Assembly: GCA_947460235.1 (NCBI GenBank)
Contig: CANHGK010000003.1
Span: forward strand, 150,377 to 214,376
Source of the DNA: Paenibacillaceae bacterium
GTDB lineage: Bacteria; Bacillota; Bacilli; Paenibacillales; CANHGK01
DNA: 64,000 nt
Direction of reading: 5' to 3'
Position 1 is the stretch's first letter, and each line of letters opens with the position of its first letter. Shown here piece after piece: positions 27,951 through 36,823 of the stretch. A model generated the notes under the pieces. That model did no database searches and was not told the DNA's origin. It was given only the letters and a program-made list of their open reading frames with translations. The position numbers were made by a program, and so were the translations under genes.

Positions 27951-29141
27951 TTATCCTCCTAGCACGTCAACCTTAAATGTTTTTTTACGTCTAACCAATA
28001 TTCCAATCGTAAAGACGATTATCGCCATTGCTGCCCCGCCAAACATCATTCGTACATTCAGTGAAACACCTACCCATGCAAGAAACTGAAACACAGCGAG
28101 TCCACTAAGCATAAACACATTTTCCATCATATTCTGAATTGCTACCGTCCGTCCGACACCGATATGCTTCTTTCCTTCAGACTGAAGTAATGTATTCATA
28201 GGAACAACGAACAAACCTCCAAGTAAACCAATCATAAATAACACGCCAACAACTGGTATCGTTCCGTTCACCCAAGGTGAAAGCATAATCAATAGTGCGC
28301 TTATATATGCGAACGGTATGGCCTTCTCAACATTTCCAATTTTGATGATGACCGGGGCCAACATTGCTCCTCCAATGACACCAACCGCAGATGCTGCAAG
28401 TAATGTTGCCTGTCCCGCTTTATCCGTAATCCCAAGCACAACCGGTAACCAGGTTAGATACGCGATACGCATGAGTGTTGCACTCATCCAAAATGATGAA
28501 TTCCCAAGTAACGCGAACCGCGTGAGCGGATTCGAAAACAAAGTCTTTATATCCGCAAAAAAATTCGAAATACCAATTGCATATGTAATTGTTTTCTTTC
28601 CTTCAATTTTTGGAAGTCCAAAACTAAACAACAATGACAAGATTAATACCATCGCTGTTCCAAATAGGCCCCATGTGGAAGAATGATCTGCTAGTATCCC
28701 GCCTGTGATACTTCCGACCATAATCGCCAAAATACTTAAACCTTCCAAGATTCCGTTACCGCGTAACAACGTTTGACCATCTTGGATCAAATCATTTAGC
28801 ATTCCGTATTTTGCTGGTGAATAAACGACCGCACCTGCACCGAATATCGCATAACATAGTGGAACCGGAATACCGCTAAACAGTAACAACACCCCAGCCA
28901 TTTTAAGAAGTACACCGAGTTGAATGATTCGCTTGCGACTCGAACGATCCGATAATGTTCCAACTACCGGTGCAAGTAAAATATACGCTGCCAAAAATGC
29001 AGTTTGCACACCGGACATATACTGATCCGGTTCAAGTACCCCGCGTTCACCGGCTAGCCCGACGAGTGCGAAAAACACTGCATTATCAGCAAACGCATTA
29101 AACCATTGCGCAAATACCAAAAACCAATAAGATCGATTCAT
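27951..29141 (-). CDS. MFS transporter of the LplT (lysophospholipid transporter)-like family
   Basis: Shared landmarks with E. coli LplT, recalled from memory: FADNA near TM1, VYSPAKYG, LTRFALLGNSSFW, LPVVLGITD, FVVPMNTLLQSEGKK and VAIQNMMEN. The ATG at 29141 (MNRSYWFLV) fits the family N-terminus better than the 29186 start. Confidence 0.75.
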   Translation of the reverse strand: MNRSYWFLVFAQWFNAFADNAVFFALVGLAGERGVLEPDQYMSGVQTAFLAAYILLAPVVGTLSDRSSRKRIIQLGVLLKMAGVLLLFSGIPVPLCYAIFGAGAVVYSPAKYGMLNDLIQDGQTLLRGNGILEGLSILAIMVGSITGGILADHSSTWGLFGTAMVLILSLLFSFGLPKIEGKKTITYAIGISNFFADIKTLFSNPLTRFALLGNSSFWMSATLMRIAYLTWLPVVLGITDKAGQATLLAASAVGVIGGAMLAPVIIKIGNVEKAIPFAYISALLIMLSPWVNGTIPVVGVLFMIGLLGGLFVVPMNTLLQSEGKKHIGVGRTVAIQNMMENVFMLSGLAVFQFLAWVGVSLNVRMMFGGAAMAIIVFTIGILVRRKKTFKVDVLGG

Positions 29142-29157
29142 AAACGTTTCCTGCCCC

Positions 29158-29952
29158 TTATCCGCGTTCCATAAACAAACGTCCATCTATGCAATCCAAC
29201 CAGATTCGTTGCGTTTGGATTGATTCTAGCCAATCGTAGCGTTCTGTACCGATAATTACCGGACCCGGATAATCTCCTATCCAGGAAGCTAATCGTTCCA
29301 GTGCATCTATCGTTAATACACGCTCTGGTTCCATCAGCATAAAAAATGTGTCTCGCGACATGTCTGTTCTCGTCGCATCAACTTCCGCCCAACCAAGTAA
29401 ACGCGATAAACCTGTCCGACCGCGATCTTCTGCGCCAAGCAGTTCCATCCACTGTGCAGTTAACTCCTCGTCAACTCCGGTAAACGAGAGCAAGGCGCGC
29501 AGTCTTTTTTCCGTATCCCATCCGTTTCGTTCAATCAAAAGCGCCTCCAACTCTGCAACGCGAAGTTGGTCGGAATCGTGCATGACAAGTTTGGAAACCA
29601 ATTGTTCATATTCTTTGATCGCTTCACCAATATCTGGTTCGATCGCCCATATTGCTTCCATTACCGTTTCTGAAGAATCCGGCGAAACATTGTTAACGAT
29701 TAACTTTTCACCGACTCCGCGATTCCCAAGTTCACGCGTCATCTTCCAACACGCCTCTGGCGCTTCAAAAATAAATCCACCAACTGGCCAATCAACCGTA
29801 CCTTTATTAAGCGTTTGAATACCTAATAACACACCTACCCAATATCTTCTCCAGCGTCGCGAAAAATTTCGAAGAACATAAACATTCCCCGGTTTAAACC
29901 AAAAATCAAATGTTCCCGATTTTTCATCAACAGACACATTTCGCAGGCGCAT
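29158..29952 (-). CDS. Degenerate single ABC-F-like nucleotide-binding-domain homologue (predicted pseudo-ATPase)
   Basis: The product is collinear with ABC-F NBD1, but Walker A is replaced by NFSRRWRRY, the signature LSGGE by LGAED, Walker B LLLDEP by FMLMEP and H-loop SHDR by GTER. The ABC-F-type helical insert EYEQL...NGWDTEKR is retained. The RBS is GAGGTGA. Confidence 0.6.
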   Translation of the reverse strand: MRLRNVSVDEKSGTFDFWFKPGNVYVLRNFSRRWRRYWVGVLLGIQTLNKGTVDWPVGGFIFEAPEACWKMTRELGNRGVGEKLIVNNVSPDSSETVMEAIWAIEPDIGEAIKEYEQLVSKLVMHDSDQLRVAELEALLIERNGWDTEKRLRALLSFTGVDEELTAQWMELLGAEDRGRTGLSRLLGWAEVDATRTDMSRDTFFMLMEPERVLTIDALERLASWIGDYPGPVIIGTERYDWLESIQTQRIWLDCIDGRLFMERG

Positions 29953-29964
29953 AACTTCACCTCA

Positions 29965-30468
29965 TTATTGGTTACGTTCTACTATTCTCGCTTCCAACGT
30001 CTTGAGCAAATCCGTACATGCTTGCTCAACCAATTGAAAAACATATTCAAATCGACCATCATAATATGGATCTGGTACATTCGCATCCGGTTGTTTCAAC
30101 TTAGCCTTCGTCGACCACTCTAACAACCGATTCACCGTCGATTGATAATTGCCTTTGGCAAACCCTTTAACATTCGTAACATTGCTATCATCCATACAAA
30201 TGATATATTCAAATTCGTCAAAATCAGATGCTTTCACTTGTCTTGCGAACATTCCAGCGCTAGAAACGCCATGACTTTGCAATACTTCCTGTGTCCCGCG
30301 ATGCGGACGATGTCCGACATGCCAGTCACCGGTTCCCGCAGAATCAATCCTAAATTTATCTTGTATTCCTTTTTTCTCGACCAAATGACGAAACACCGCT
30401 TCTGCCATCGGCGATCGGCAAATATTACCCAGACATACGAATAATACGCCTGTTTTTTGTGAGTTCAT
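29965..30468 (-). CDS. Low-molecular-weight protein tyrosine phosphatase
   Basis: The P-loop is VCLGNICRSPMAE (CX5R-S), and the catalytic Asp lies in the VPDPYY motif. The product is 167 aa. GGAGG lies 7 nt upstream. Confidence 0.88.
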   Translation of the reverse strand: MNSQKTGVLFVCLGNICRSPMAEAVFRHLVEKKGIQDKFRIDSAGTGDWHVGHRPHRGTQEVLQSHGVSSAGMFARQVKASDFDEFEYIICMDDSNVTNVKGFAKGNYQSTVNRLLEWSTKAKLKQPDANVPDPYYDGRFEYVFQLVEQACTDLLKTLEARIVERNQ

Positions 30469-30499
30469 GATACGGCCTCCTTACCTCAATCACTTTGCT

Positions 30500-30508
30500 A
30501 TTATAGCA
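30500..30508 (-). promoter_or_regulatory. Putative extended -10 promoter element of the phosphatase operon
   Basis: The minus strand reads TGCTATAAT about 30 nt upstream of the start codon. There is no convincing -35 at 16-18 nt. Confidence 0.35.
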
Positions 30509-30583
30509 CAGGCCCTGTCCAAAAATGACCGTTTAAAAAACAAAAGGACGTTGTGCGTAAACACAAAATCCATCAATATCAAC

Positions 30584-31783
30584 TTATAAATTCGATTGTT
30601 GATATAACCACACGAACGCATGAAACCGATCAACAACCCCTAATTTATTCAAAATATTTGTCACGTGATGCTTCACGGTATGTTCACTAATACCCAATTC
30701 CGTTGAAATGTCCTTGTTCGATTTCCCGCAGATGATGTGCATGAGTACTTCTTTTTCGCGTTTCGACAATTGCACTAACGAGTGAATTACTGATTCGAGA
30801 TTTTTACCGACAAAAGAAACTTGAGGGATTACGTCTTTGTTCACCATGTCGATTTTTTCTTCGTTCGCCCAAATTTCATCATTCAAATATTTACTCAGAT
30901 TCCATGAATATGAGAAATTCAAAAATTGTTCACTCCATTTTTCAAGCGGCCCAAACCAACTGATCAAGTTTGCTTGCCAATCGCTTTTTGTCATCCGATT
31001 TTTCATATTCTGCAAATGATCAAACCAAATCTGAATCGCGGATAACAGTTGTCCTTCTTGTTGATACATTCGTTCAGGCGTTCCATTCATTGATCGCAAA
31101 TGAATCACATGTTGCACGTGCGATTTTTGCATACACCAATTGTACCAATACTGATAGGACTCAACGATCGAATAAACGCTCCCGGGCAAATAAATTTGAC
31201 GTATTTCTGATGGCAAATGTTTAAATAACAAAGAAAGTAGCATGGGAAAAATCGTGTTTTCACGCCAATTCGATTGAATTAAAAATGCATGTAAAAAGAA
31301 TAAACGATTTGTCAGATGACGTTTTGATTCCTCACTCATTGAACGAAAGGAATCATTTATAAAGCCGGTGATTTGAAAAACCATTTGTTCCTTAGAACTT
31401 TCTAAATTCGCGTGACGTTGGCTGTAAAATGTATTTAATAATTTCGTGAATTGCTGTATTTCAATGAGGATATCCTGTTCCTTCTCGATGGGATCAGCAC
31501 TCAACGGTCCAGCAATGAGGAATGTTAGTCGGTTGTTCATTGGGATTGGTTCGACCATCCATGACGTGCGATTCGTAGGTTCAAAAATAAAACTGGCTTT
31601 GTGCTTTAAAGCCTGTTTCATAATCCCTTCCCAATTTCGATCGTCAGTTTGCGATGGTAAGCGATCGTTCTCAATTAATAAGCCGCCATCATCACTTACC
31701 CATCGCAGTTGTAATCCCCATTTTGATGCAACCGCATTTAAAACCCCACGCCATTCAATGACATTTAACCCCATGTTGATCAT
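30584..31783 (-). CDS. LuxR/GerE-family transcriptional regulator with an unrecognised 330-aa N-terminal region
   Basis: The C-terminal HTH is LSKREKEVLMHIICGKSNKDISTELGISEHTVKHHVTNILNKLGV. There is no receiver domain or autoinducer-binding signature that I can see. An alternative start at 31774 has a better RBS (AAGGA, 8 nt). Confidence 0.75.
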   Translation of the reverse strand: MINMGLNVIEWRGVLNAVASKWGLQLRWVSDDGGLLIENDRLPSQTDDRNWEGIMKQALKHKASFIFEPTNRTSWMVEPIPMNNRLTFLIAGPLSADPIEKEQDILIEIQQFTKLLNTFYSQRHANLESSKEQMVFQITGFINDSFRSMSEESKRHLTNRLFFLHAFLIQSNWRENTIFPMLLSLLFKHLPSEIRQIYLPGSVYSIVESYQYWYNWCMQKSHVQHVIHLRSMNGTPERMYQQEGQLLSAIQIWFDHLQNMKNRMTKSDWQANLISWFGPLEKWSEQFLNFSYSWNLSKYLNDEIWANEEKIDMVNKDVIPQVSFVGKNLESVIHSLVQLSKREKEVLMHIICGKSNKDISTELGISEHTVKHHVTNILNKLGVVDRFHAFVWLYQQSNL

Positions 31784-31802
31784 CCTTGTCTGTACGGGTC
31801 TT

Positions 31803-31840
31803 GTATATTAATTATACTTTTGTATAGATATTGTATATAC
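31803..31840. promoter_or_regulatory. GTATA repeat cluster (possible operator) overlapping a TATAAT box upstream of the LuxR-type gene
   Basis: The cluster comprises GTATAttaatTATAC (inverted repeat, 31803-31817), GTATA (31822-31826) and the palindrome GTATATAC (31833-31840). TATAAT on the minus strand lies at 31811-31816. Confidence 0.35.
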
Positions 31841-31928
31841 CTTGTTAAATAGGAATGAACTCTTATGTAGATTACCATGTTCAACTGTATAAAAATAGCT
31901 ATTCTAGCGAATTTTTCGTTTTTTAAAA

Positions 31929-31968
31929 TAAAAAAACAGCTTTTTTCATACGAAAAAAGCTGTTTTTC
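31929..31968 (-). terminator. Rho-independent terminator after ricA
   Basis: AAAAAACAGCTTTTTT-cata-CGAAAAAAGCTGTTTTT lies immediately after the ricA stop. Confidence 0.85.
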
Positions 31969-32484
31969 TTACGTTTCGTCGCTACAATTTGTCGGCGGCA
32001 AATTCGAATCTGCACCAACCAAAACTTGAAGTTGATTGGACAATCGGTCCGCAACAACATTTATTATTAATTGTAACAAATAGTTAATGTCTTGTTGTGT
32101 TTGTTGAAATTGTTGCACAAGCGGAAACGAATCTAACTCTTGTTGGAGTTCCTCTATTTCAGCTTCGATTTGTTGAACTTTCGACGGATTTTTGAAATGC
32201 TCAAACGCAACCGCTTCTTTTTGCTTGCGTTTAATCGTTTTAATCAGGGTTTGAATTCGCTCATGAGATTGAATTTTCACTTCTGCTTGTTTGTAAATTT
32301 CAACTTCACTAGATTTAGAAATGAGATCCGCAATTTCTTTAGCTTTGCTCAAAATTTCTTCGTCCAATACCAATTCACGATTGTGAAACGATTCCATCGG
32401 TTTTGAATCCGAGGTGGAATCGCAATATTTAACGCCGCTTTCCGATTCAAGATCGGCATGTGTATGAGAATGATCGTGTCCCAT
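31969..32484 (-). CDS. ricA: RicA (YmcA), YlbF/YmcA family regulator, with a His-rich N-terminal extension
   Basis: It has a coiled-coil YmcA-family core and lies directly downstream of miaB, as in B. subtilis (ymcB-ymcA). The start is supported by GGAG 7 nt upstream. Confidence 0.75.
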   Translation of the reverse strand: MGHDHSHTHADLESESGVKYCDSTSDSKPMESFHNRELVLDEEILSKAKEIADLISKSSEVEIYKQAEVKIQSHERIQTLIKTIKRKQKEAVAFEHFKNPSKVQQIEAEIEELQQELDSFPLVQQFQQTQQDINYLLQLIINVVADRLSNQLQVLVGADSNLPPTNCSDET

Positions 32485-32495
32485 TGTAACGCTCC

Positions 32496-33974
32496 TTAAA
32501 TTGCTGATCCGACTGGCGCTTCCACCATCGTCCCTCGCAAGTAAAATGTCATTGCTTCCTCGATATTGACATGCACCAATTTCCCAATTAATGATGCATC
32601 TCCTTCAAAATGGACCAATTTATTCGTACGTGTACGTCCACTTAACATTGAACTATTGTTTTTGCTTTCACTCTCTACAAGCACTTCATGCACTTGTCCA
32701 ATCATTCGGCGATTATGTGCAATCCCGCTTTCTTTTAGCACTTCGTTTAAGTCCGCCAAACGACGTTGCTTGACCTCATAAGGAACATCGTCTTTCATCT
32801 CGAAAGCAGGGGTCCCTTCACGCGGCGAATAAATAAACGTAAACGCCATATCATATTGCACTTTGCGGGCAAGCTCGAGCGTTTCTTGGAATTGTTCTTC
32901 CGTCTCGCCCGGGAATCCAAGAATAAAATCCGTTGTCAATACAGCATCTGGAATTGCGGCACGAATTTTCTCGACCAATTCGAGATATTGCGCAACATTG
33001 TATTTGCGCGTCATCCGCTTCAAAATTTCATTACTACCCGATTGTACAGGCAAATGAATATGCTCCACCAAATTCCCGCGTTTTGCCAACACTTCGATTA
33101 AATGGTCATCAAAATCACGTGGATGTGATGTCGTAAAACGAATTCGCGGAACACCAATTAATCGGATTTCATTTAGCAAATCGCCAAAGCCATATTTCAT
33201 TTCTTCAAAATCTTTACCATATGCATTAACATTTTGTCCGAGCAATGTCACTTCTTGATAGCCTTGTTGAGCAAGTTCACGCACTTCATTCAAGACATCT
33301 TGAGGTAATCTGCTGCGTTCTTTACCGCGTGTATATGGTACGATGCAATACGTACAAAACTTATCACATCCGTACATAATATTAACCCACGCACGCATAC
33401 CCGCACGTTTCTTCGGCAAATTCTCAATGATATCGCCTTCTTTGGACCATACTTCAACAACCAATTCTTTATTAAACATCGATTCTTTTAATAAGAAAGG
33501 CAAGCGATGAATGTTATGTGTTCCAAAAATCAAATCAACAAAATTATGTTTTGCCAAAATGCGCTTGACGACCGCTTCTTCTTGCGACATACAACCACAA
33601 ACACCAAGAATCAGATCCGGTTTCTCACGCTTTAATCCTTTTAAATGACCGAGTTCACCGAACACCTTATCTTCCGCATTTTCACGAACAGCACAAGTGT
33701 TTAACAAAATAAGGTCTGCTTCATTCTTATCATCAGTTGTTTCATATCCCATCGCCTCAAGCAATCCAGCGATCATTTCACTATCGTGCTCATTCATTTG
33801 GCAACCAAACGTACGTAGTAAATATTTCTTACCCAATCCTAATCCTTTAAACTCCTCAGGGAGTCCGTCCGTATATTGTACGTTAATTTCCGATTTACCA
33901 CGCGTTTTTGCATCGCGCATAGATGGCGGTTGAAAATAAACGGAAAAATCTTTACTCTTGCTCGGGGCGCTCAT
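32496..33974 (-). CDS. miaB: tRNA-2-methylthio-N6-dimethylallyladenosine synthase MiaB
   Basis: It has the MTTase N-domain [10 protein letters not shown], the radical-SAM motif CDKFCTYC and a TRAM C-terminus. The ATG at 33974 lies 8 nt after GAAGG. A TATAAT at 34020-34025 (minus strand) argues against the 34010 start. Confidence 0.9.
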   Translation of the reverse strand: MSAPSKSKDFSVYFQPPSMRDAKTRGKSEINVQYTDGLPEEFKGLGLGKKYLLRTFGCQMNEHDSEMIAGLLEAMGYETTDDKNEADLILLNTCAVRENAEDKVFGELGHLKGLKREKPDLILGVCGCMSQEEAVVKRILAKHNFVDLIFGTHNIHRLPFLLKESMFNKELVVEVWSKEGDIIENLPKKRAGMRAWVNIMYGCDKFCTYCIVPYTRGKERSRLPQDVLNEVRELAQQGYQEVTLLGQNVNAYGKDFEEMKYGFGDLLNEIRLIGVPRIRFTTSHPRDFDDHLIEVLAKRGNLVEHIHLPVQSGSNEILKRMTRKYNVAQYLELVEKIRAAIPDAVLTTDFILGFPGETEEQFQETLELARKVQYDMAFTFIYSPREGTPAFEMKDDVPYEVKQRRLADLNEVLKESGIAHNRRMIGQVHEVLVESESKNNSSMLSGRTRTNKLVHFEGDASLIGKLVHVNIEEAMTFYLRGTMVEAPVGSAI

Positions 33975-34113
33975 CCCGTGTACCTTCTTTCTCATTTCAA
34001 AATAACTCACAACTTACCTATTATACACAAAAATGATTTCACAAAAAAGCCGCCTTTCAAATTGTTAGTTCCTTTTGAGGAACATTTACAAGATGAATTG
34101 CGGCATCTGATGA

Positions 34114-34980
34114 TTAGTTAAATTCTGCAACAAGTTTATCGAATTGGTCTTTCGTAAGCGTTATGTTTTGTTTTGCTAGACCAATTTCTTGGAAACCAGG
34201 AAGTTGCTGTTCATAGCTTGGTTTTTCTTTATTTTGATAAACAATGCCTGTGATCATTCCATCGGTTTCAAGTACTTTTTGCATGGCCATCATTTTATTT
34301 GATGCATCATATCCATCAAATGAATCCGTACTTACCACACGCTCTTTGAACCACTCGTACGTGTTTACTTTATTAAAAGTGACACACGGCGAGAATACAT
34401 TGATCAATGAAAACCCTTTATGGTTCATGCCGGCTTCAATAACTGCCGTCAATTGTTTCAAGTCGGTTGAGAACGATTGAGCAACAAATGTTGCACCAGC
34501 AGCTAATGCCATTTCAAGCGGTGACAAGGTCGTCTCGATCGAACCTGTTGGCGTTGATTTCGTTTTGAAACCGGACGCAGAACGAGGGGATGTTTGCCCT
34601 TTTGTTAACCCATAAATTTGGTTGTCCATGACAATGTAAGTCACGTCGATGTTTCGGCGAATCGCGTGTACGGTATGACCCATACCAATCGCAAAACCGT
34701 CTCCATCTCCGCCGGAGGCAATGACAGCCAATTCACGGTTTGCCAATTTCAAACCTTGTGCAACCGGCAAGGAACGTCCGTGGATACTATGGAAACCATA
34801 TGCATTGATGTAACCAGAAATACGACCAGAACAACCAATACCGGATACAACTGCTACCTGTTCTGGTTCATACCCTACATTTGCGCAAGCGCGCTGGATG
34901 GCAGCTTGAACACTGAAATCGCCACAACCTGGGCACCAGTTCGGCTTAATGTTGTTACGAAAATCTTTAAATGTTGCCAT
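34114..34980 (-). CDS. korB: 2-oxoacid:ferredoxin oxidoreductase beta subunit (TPP-binding)
   Basis: The WCPGCGDF N-terminus and the TPP motif GGDGDGFAIG are present. The product is 288 aa. Confidence 0.88.
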   Translation of the reverse strand: MATFKDFRNNIKPNWCPGCGDFSVQAAIQRACANVGYEPEQVAVVSGIGCSGRISGYINAYGFHSIHGRSLPVAQGLKLANRELAVIASGGDGDGFAIGMGHTVHAIRRNIDVTYIVMDNQIYGLTKGQTSPRSASGFKTKSTPTGSIETTLSPLEMALAAGATFVAQSFSTDLKQLTAVIEAGMNHKGFSLINVFSPCVTFNKVNTYEWFKERVVSTDSFDGYDASNKMMAMQKVLETDGMITGIVYQNKEKPSYEQQLPGFQEIGLAKQNITLTKDQFDKLVAEFN

Positions 34981-34981
34981 C

Positions 34982-36715
34982 TCAGATCAACTCCTTGCAA
35001 TCATTGTAGAGTTCGTTTGGTAAAAATGGATTTCCGTCATATTTCAGCATCCGTTTAATTTTCTCGCGTCCGCCTGCATGCAATGTAATCAAGTCTGCCA
35101 ATTGACCAGTCGCATTATTTTCTACAACAATGACTTTTTTCGCTTTATCCAATTGAGCTGCAACTTCCGCACCAGGGAATGGATGTATGAGGCGAACCAT
35201 CACTTGATTCGTCTTCAAACCGTCCGCTTCAAATTGTTTACGCGCCTCTTCGATCGTTCCACCTGTCGAACCCATTCCGACAAACAAAATATCGGCATCA
35301 TCGTATTTCGAAATTGCAACAATCGGATTTGTAACTTTTACACTTTCCATTTTGCGCATGCGTTTATCCATCATTTTCTTACGGTTCGTAGTCGCTTCGG
35401 AAGGACGACCTTGCTCATCGTGTTCAACGCCCGTGGAATGGAAAATACCATTCTTCGTTCCTGGAAACACGCGAGTGGATACACCGCTCTCAGAGAATGC
35501 ATAACGTTTAAATAATTGATTTTCTGGTTGTGGTTCAACTTCAAGAGCAAGCGCCCCGCGATCAATTGTTACCCGACTGAAATCTAACGGTTCGGAAGTT
35601 TGTTTACCAAGTGATAATTGTAAATCTGTTAACAAGATGACCGGACATTGATACTGATCTGCTAAATTGAATGCTTCAACGGAATCATAGAAGCATTCTT
35701 CGATTGTACTTGGGAAAAGAACGATTTTTGGGATTTCACCATGTGTTCCATAAATCGCTGCATTTACGTCGGATTGCTCTTGTTTTGTTGGCAAACCAGT
35801 ACTTGGGCCACCGCGCATTGTATCAACAATTACAACCGGAGTTTCTGTCATTCCAGACAAACCAATTGCTTCCATCATTAATGAAAGCCCTGGACCCGCA
35901 GATGCTGTCAGTGTACGTACACCGCCATAGTTAGCGCCGATTGCCATTGTAACTGCTGCAATTTCGTCTTCTGTTTGAACGACAGTTCCGCCCAATTTCG
36001 GTAATTTCTTAATTAAATATTCCATGATTTCCGATGCAGGAGTTATCGGATATGCCGACATCAAACGGCAACCTGCCGCCACTGCACCTAAACCAATTGC
36101 TTCGTTTCCAATAATAAATAAACGTGTTGTCCCATCGCCTGGTTCAAGTTTGAACTCTTCCGACGGACCTCCAGAAATATCCAACAAATATTCAAACCCT
36201 TTTTGGATTGCAGCGTTGTTTTTATCAACGACCGCTTGTCCTTTACGGCCAAATTCTTCTTCAACGACCTTCTTGATGATGTCAACTGGAAGATCCAAAA
36301 GTGCTGTCGAAGCACCAACAGCTACCATGTTTTTCATCAGGGAAGTCCCAAGTTCTTCCGCAATTGCAGTAAATGGAACCGCATAAAGTTTCGCAGGGAA
36401 GCCTTCTGGTAATTTCGGATCGAATTTTGCGTCTGCAATCACGACGCCGCCATTACGTAATTCTTTATGATTCAAATCAATCGTTTCTTGGTCAAAAGCT
36501 ACCAATATATCTAAATTATCCGAAATCGCACGTATCGGTTGTGTGCTAATTCGGATCTTATTATTCGTGTGTCCACCCTTAATCCGCGATGAAAAGTGGC
36601 GATATCCGTATAAATGATATCCCAAACGATTCAATGCTGTTGAAAAGATCCGGTCTGTACTCTCCAAACCTTCCCCTTGTTGTCCGCCGATCTTCCAGGA
36701 TAACTGGCTAATCAC
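34982..36715 (-). CDS. korA: 2-oxoacid:ferredoxin oxidoreductase alpha subunit
   Basis: It is a 577-aa fused gamma/alpha-type subunit. Its stop lies 1 nt before the korB start. Confidence 0.88.
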   Translation of the reverse strand: MISQLSWKIGGQQGEGLESTDRIFSTALNRLGYHLYGYRHFSSRIKGGHTNNKIRISTQPIRAISDNLDILVAFDQETIDLNHKELRNGGVVIADAKFDPKLPEGFPAKLYAVPFTAIAEELGTSLMKNMVAVGASTALLDLPVDIIKKVVEEEFGRKGQAVVDKNNAAIQKGFEYLLDISGGPSEEFKLEPGDGTTRLFIIGNEAIGLGAVAAGCRLMSAYPITPASEIMEYLIKKLPKLGGTVVQTEDEIAAVTMAIGANYGGVRTLTASAGPGLSLMMEAIGLSGMTETPVVIVDTMRGGPSTGLPTKQEQSDVNAAIYGTHGEIPKIVLFPSTIEECFYDSVEAFNLADQYQCPVILLTDLQLSLGKQTSEPLDFSRVTIDRGALALEVEPQPENQLFKRYAFSESGVSTRVFPGTKNGIFHSTGVEHDEQGRPSEATTNRKKMMDKRMRKMESVKVTNPIVAISKYDDADILFVGMGSTGGTIEEARKQFEADGLKTNQVMVRLIHPFPGAEVAAQLDKAKKVIVVENNATGQLADLITLHAGGREKIKRMLKYDGNPFLPNELYNDCKELI

Positions 36716-36823
36716 GTGTGATTCACTCCTTTATTGTGTGCAAAAAATGATTTTTAATATAGATATTCGATGGTTTATCGATAATCATTGTAATTTTACG
36801 CTCTTAAAATGCAATTTGCAATA

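Noticed and set aside
29348-29818. 156-aa plus-strand ORF antisense to the NBD-like gene
   Set aside because: It has the Ser/Pro/Arg-rich composition typical of the antisense frame of a Glu/Leu-rich gene. It has no RBS and is fully nested in a better-supported minus-strand CDS.
25910-31783. Possibility that the synteny-break block is a mobile genomic island
   Set aside because: It looks somewhat AT-richer by eye (the LuxR gene is about 30-37% GC in sampled lines). However, there is no integrase, transposase, flanking tRNA or direct repeat. GC and codon statistics would need to be computed before any horizontal-transfer claim.
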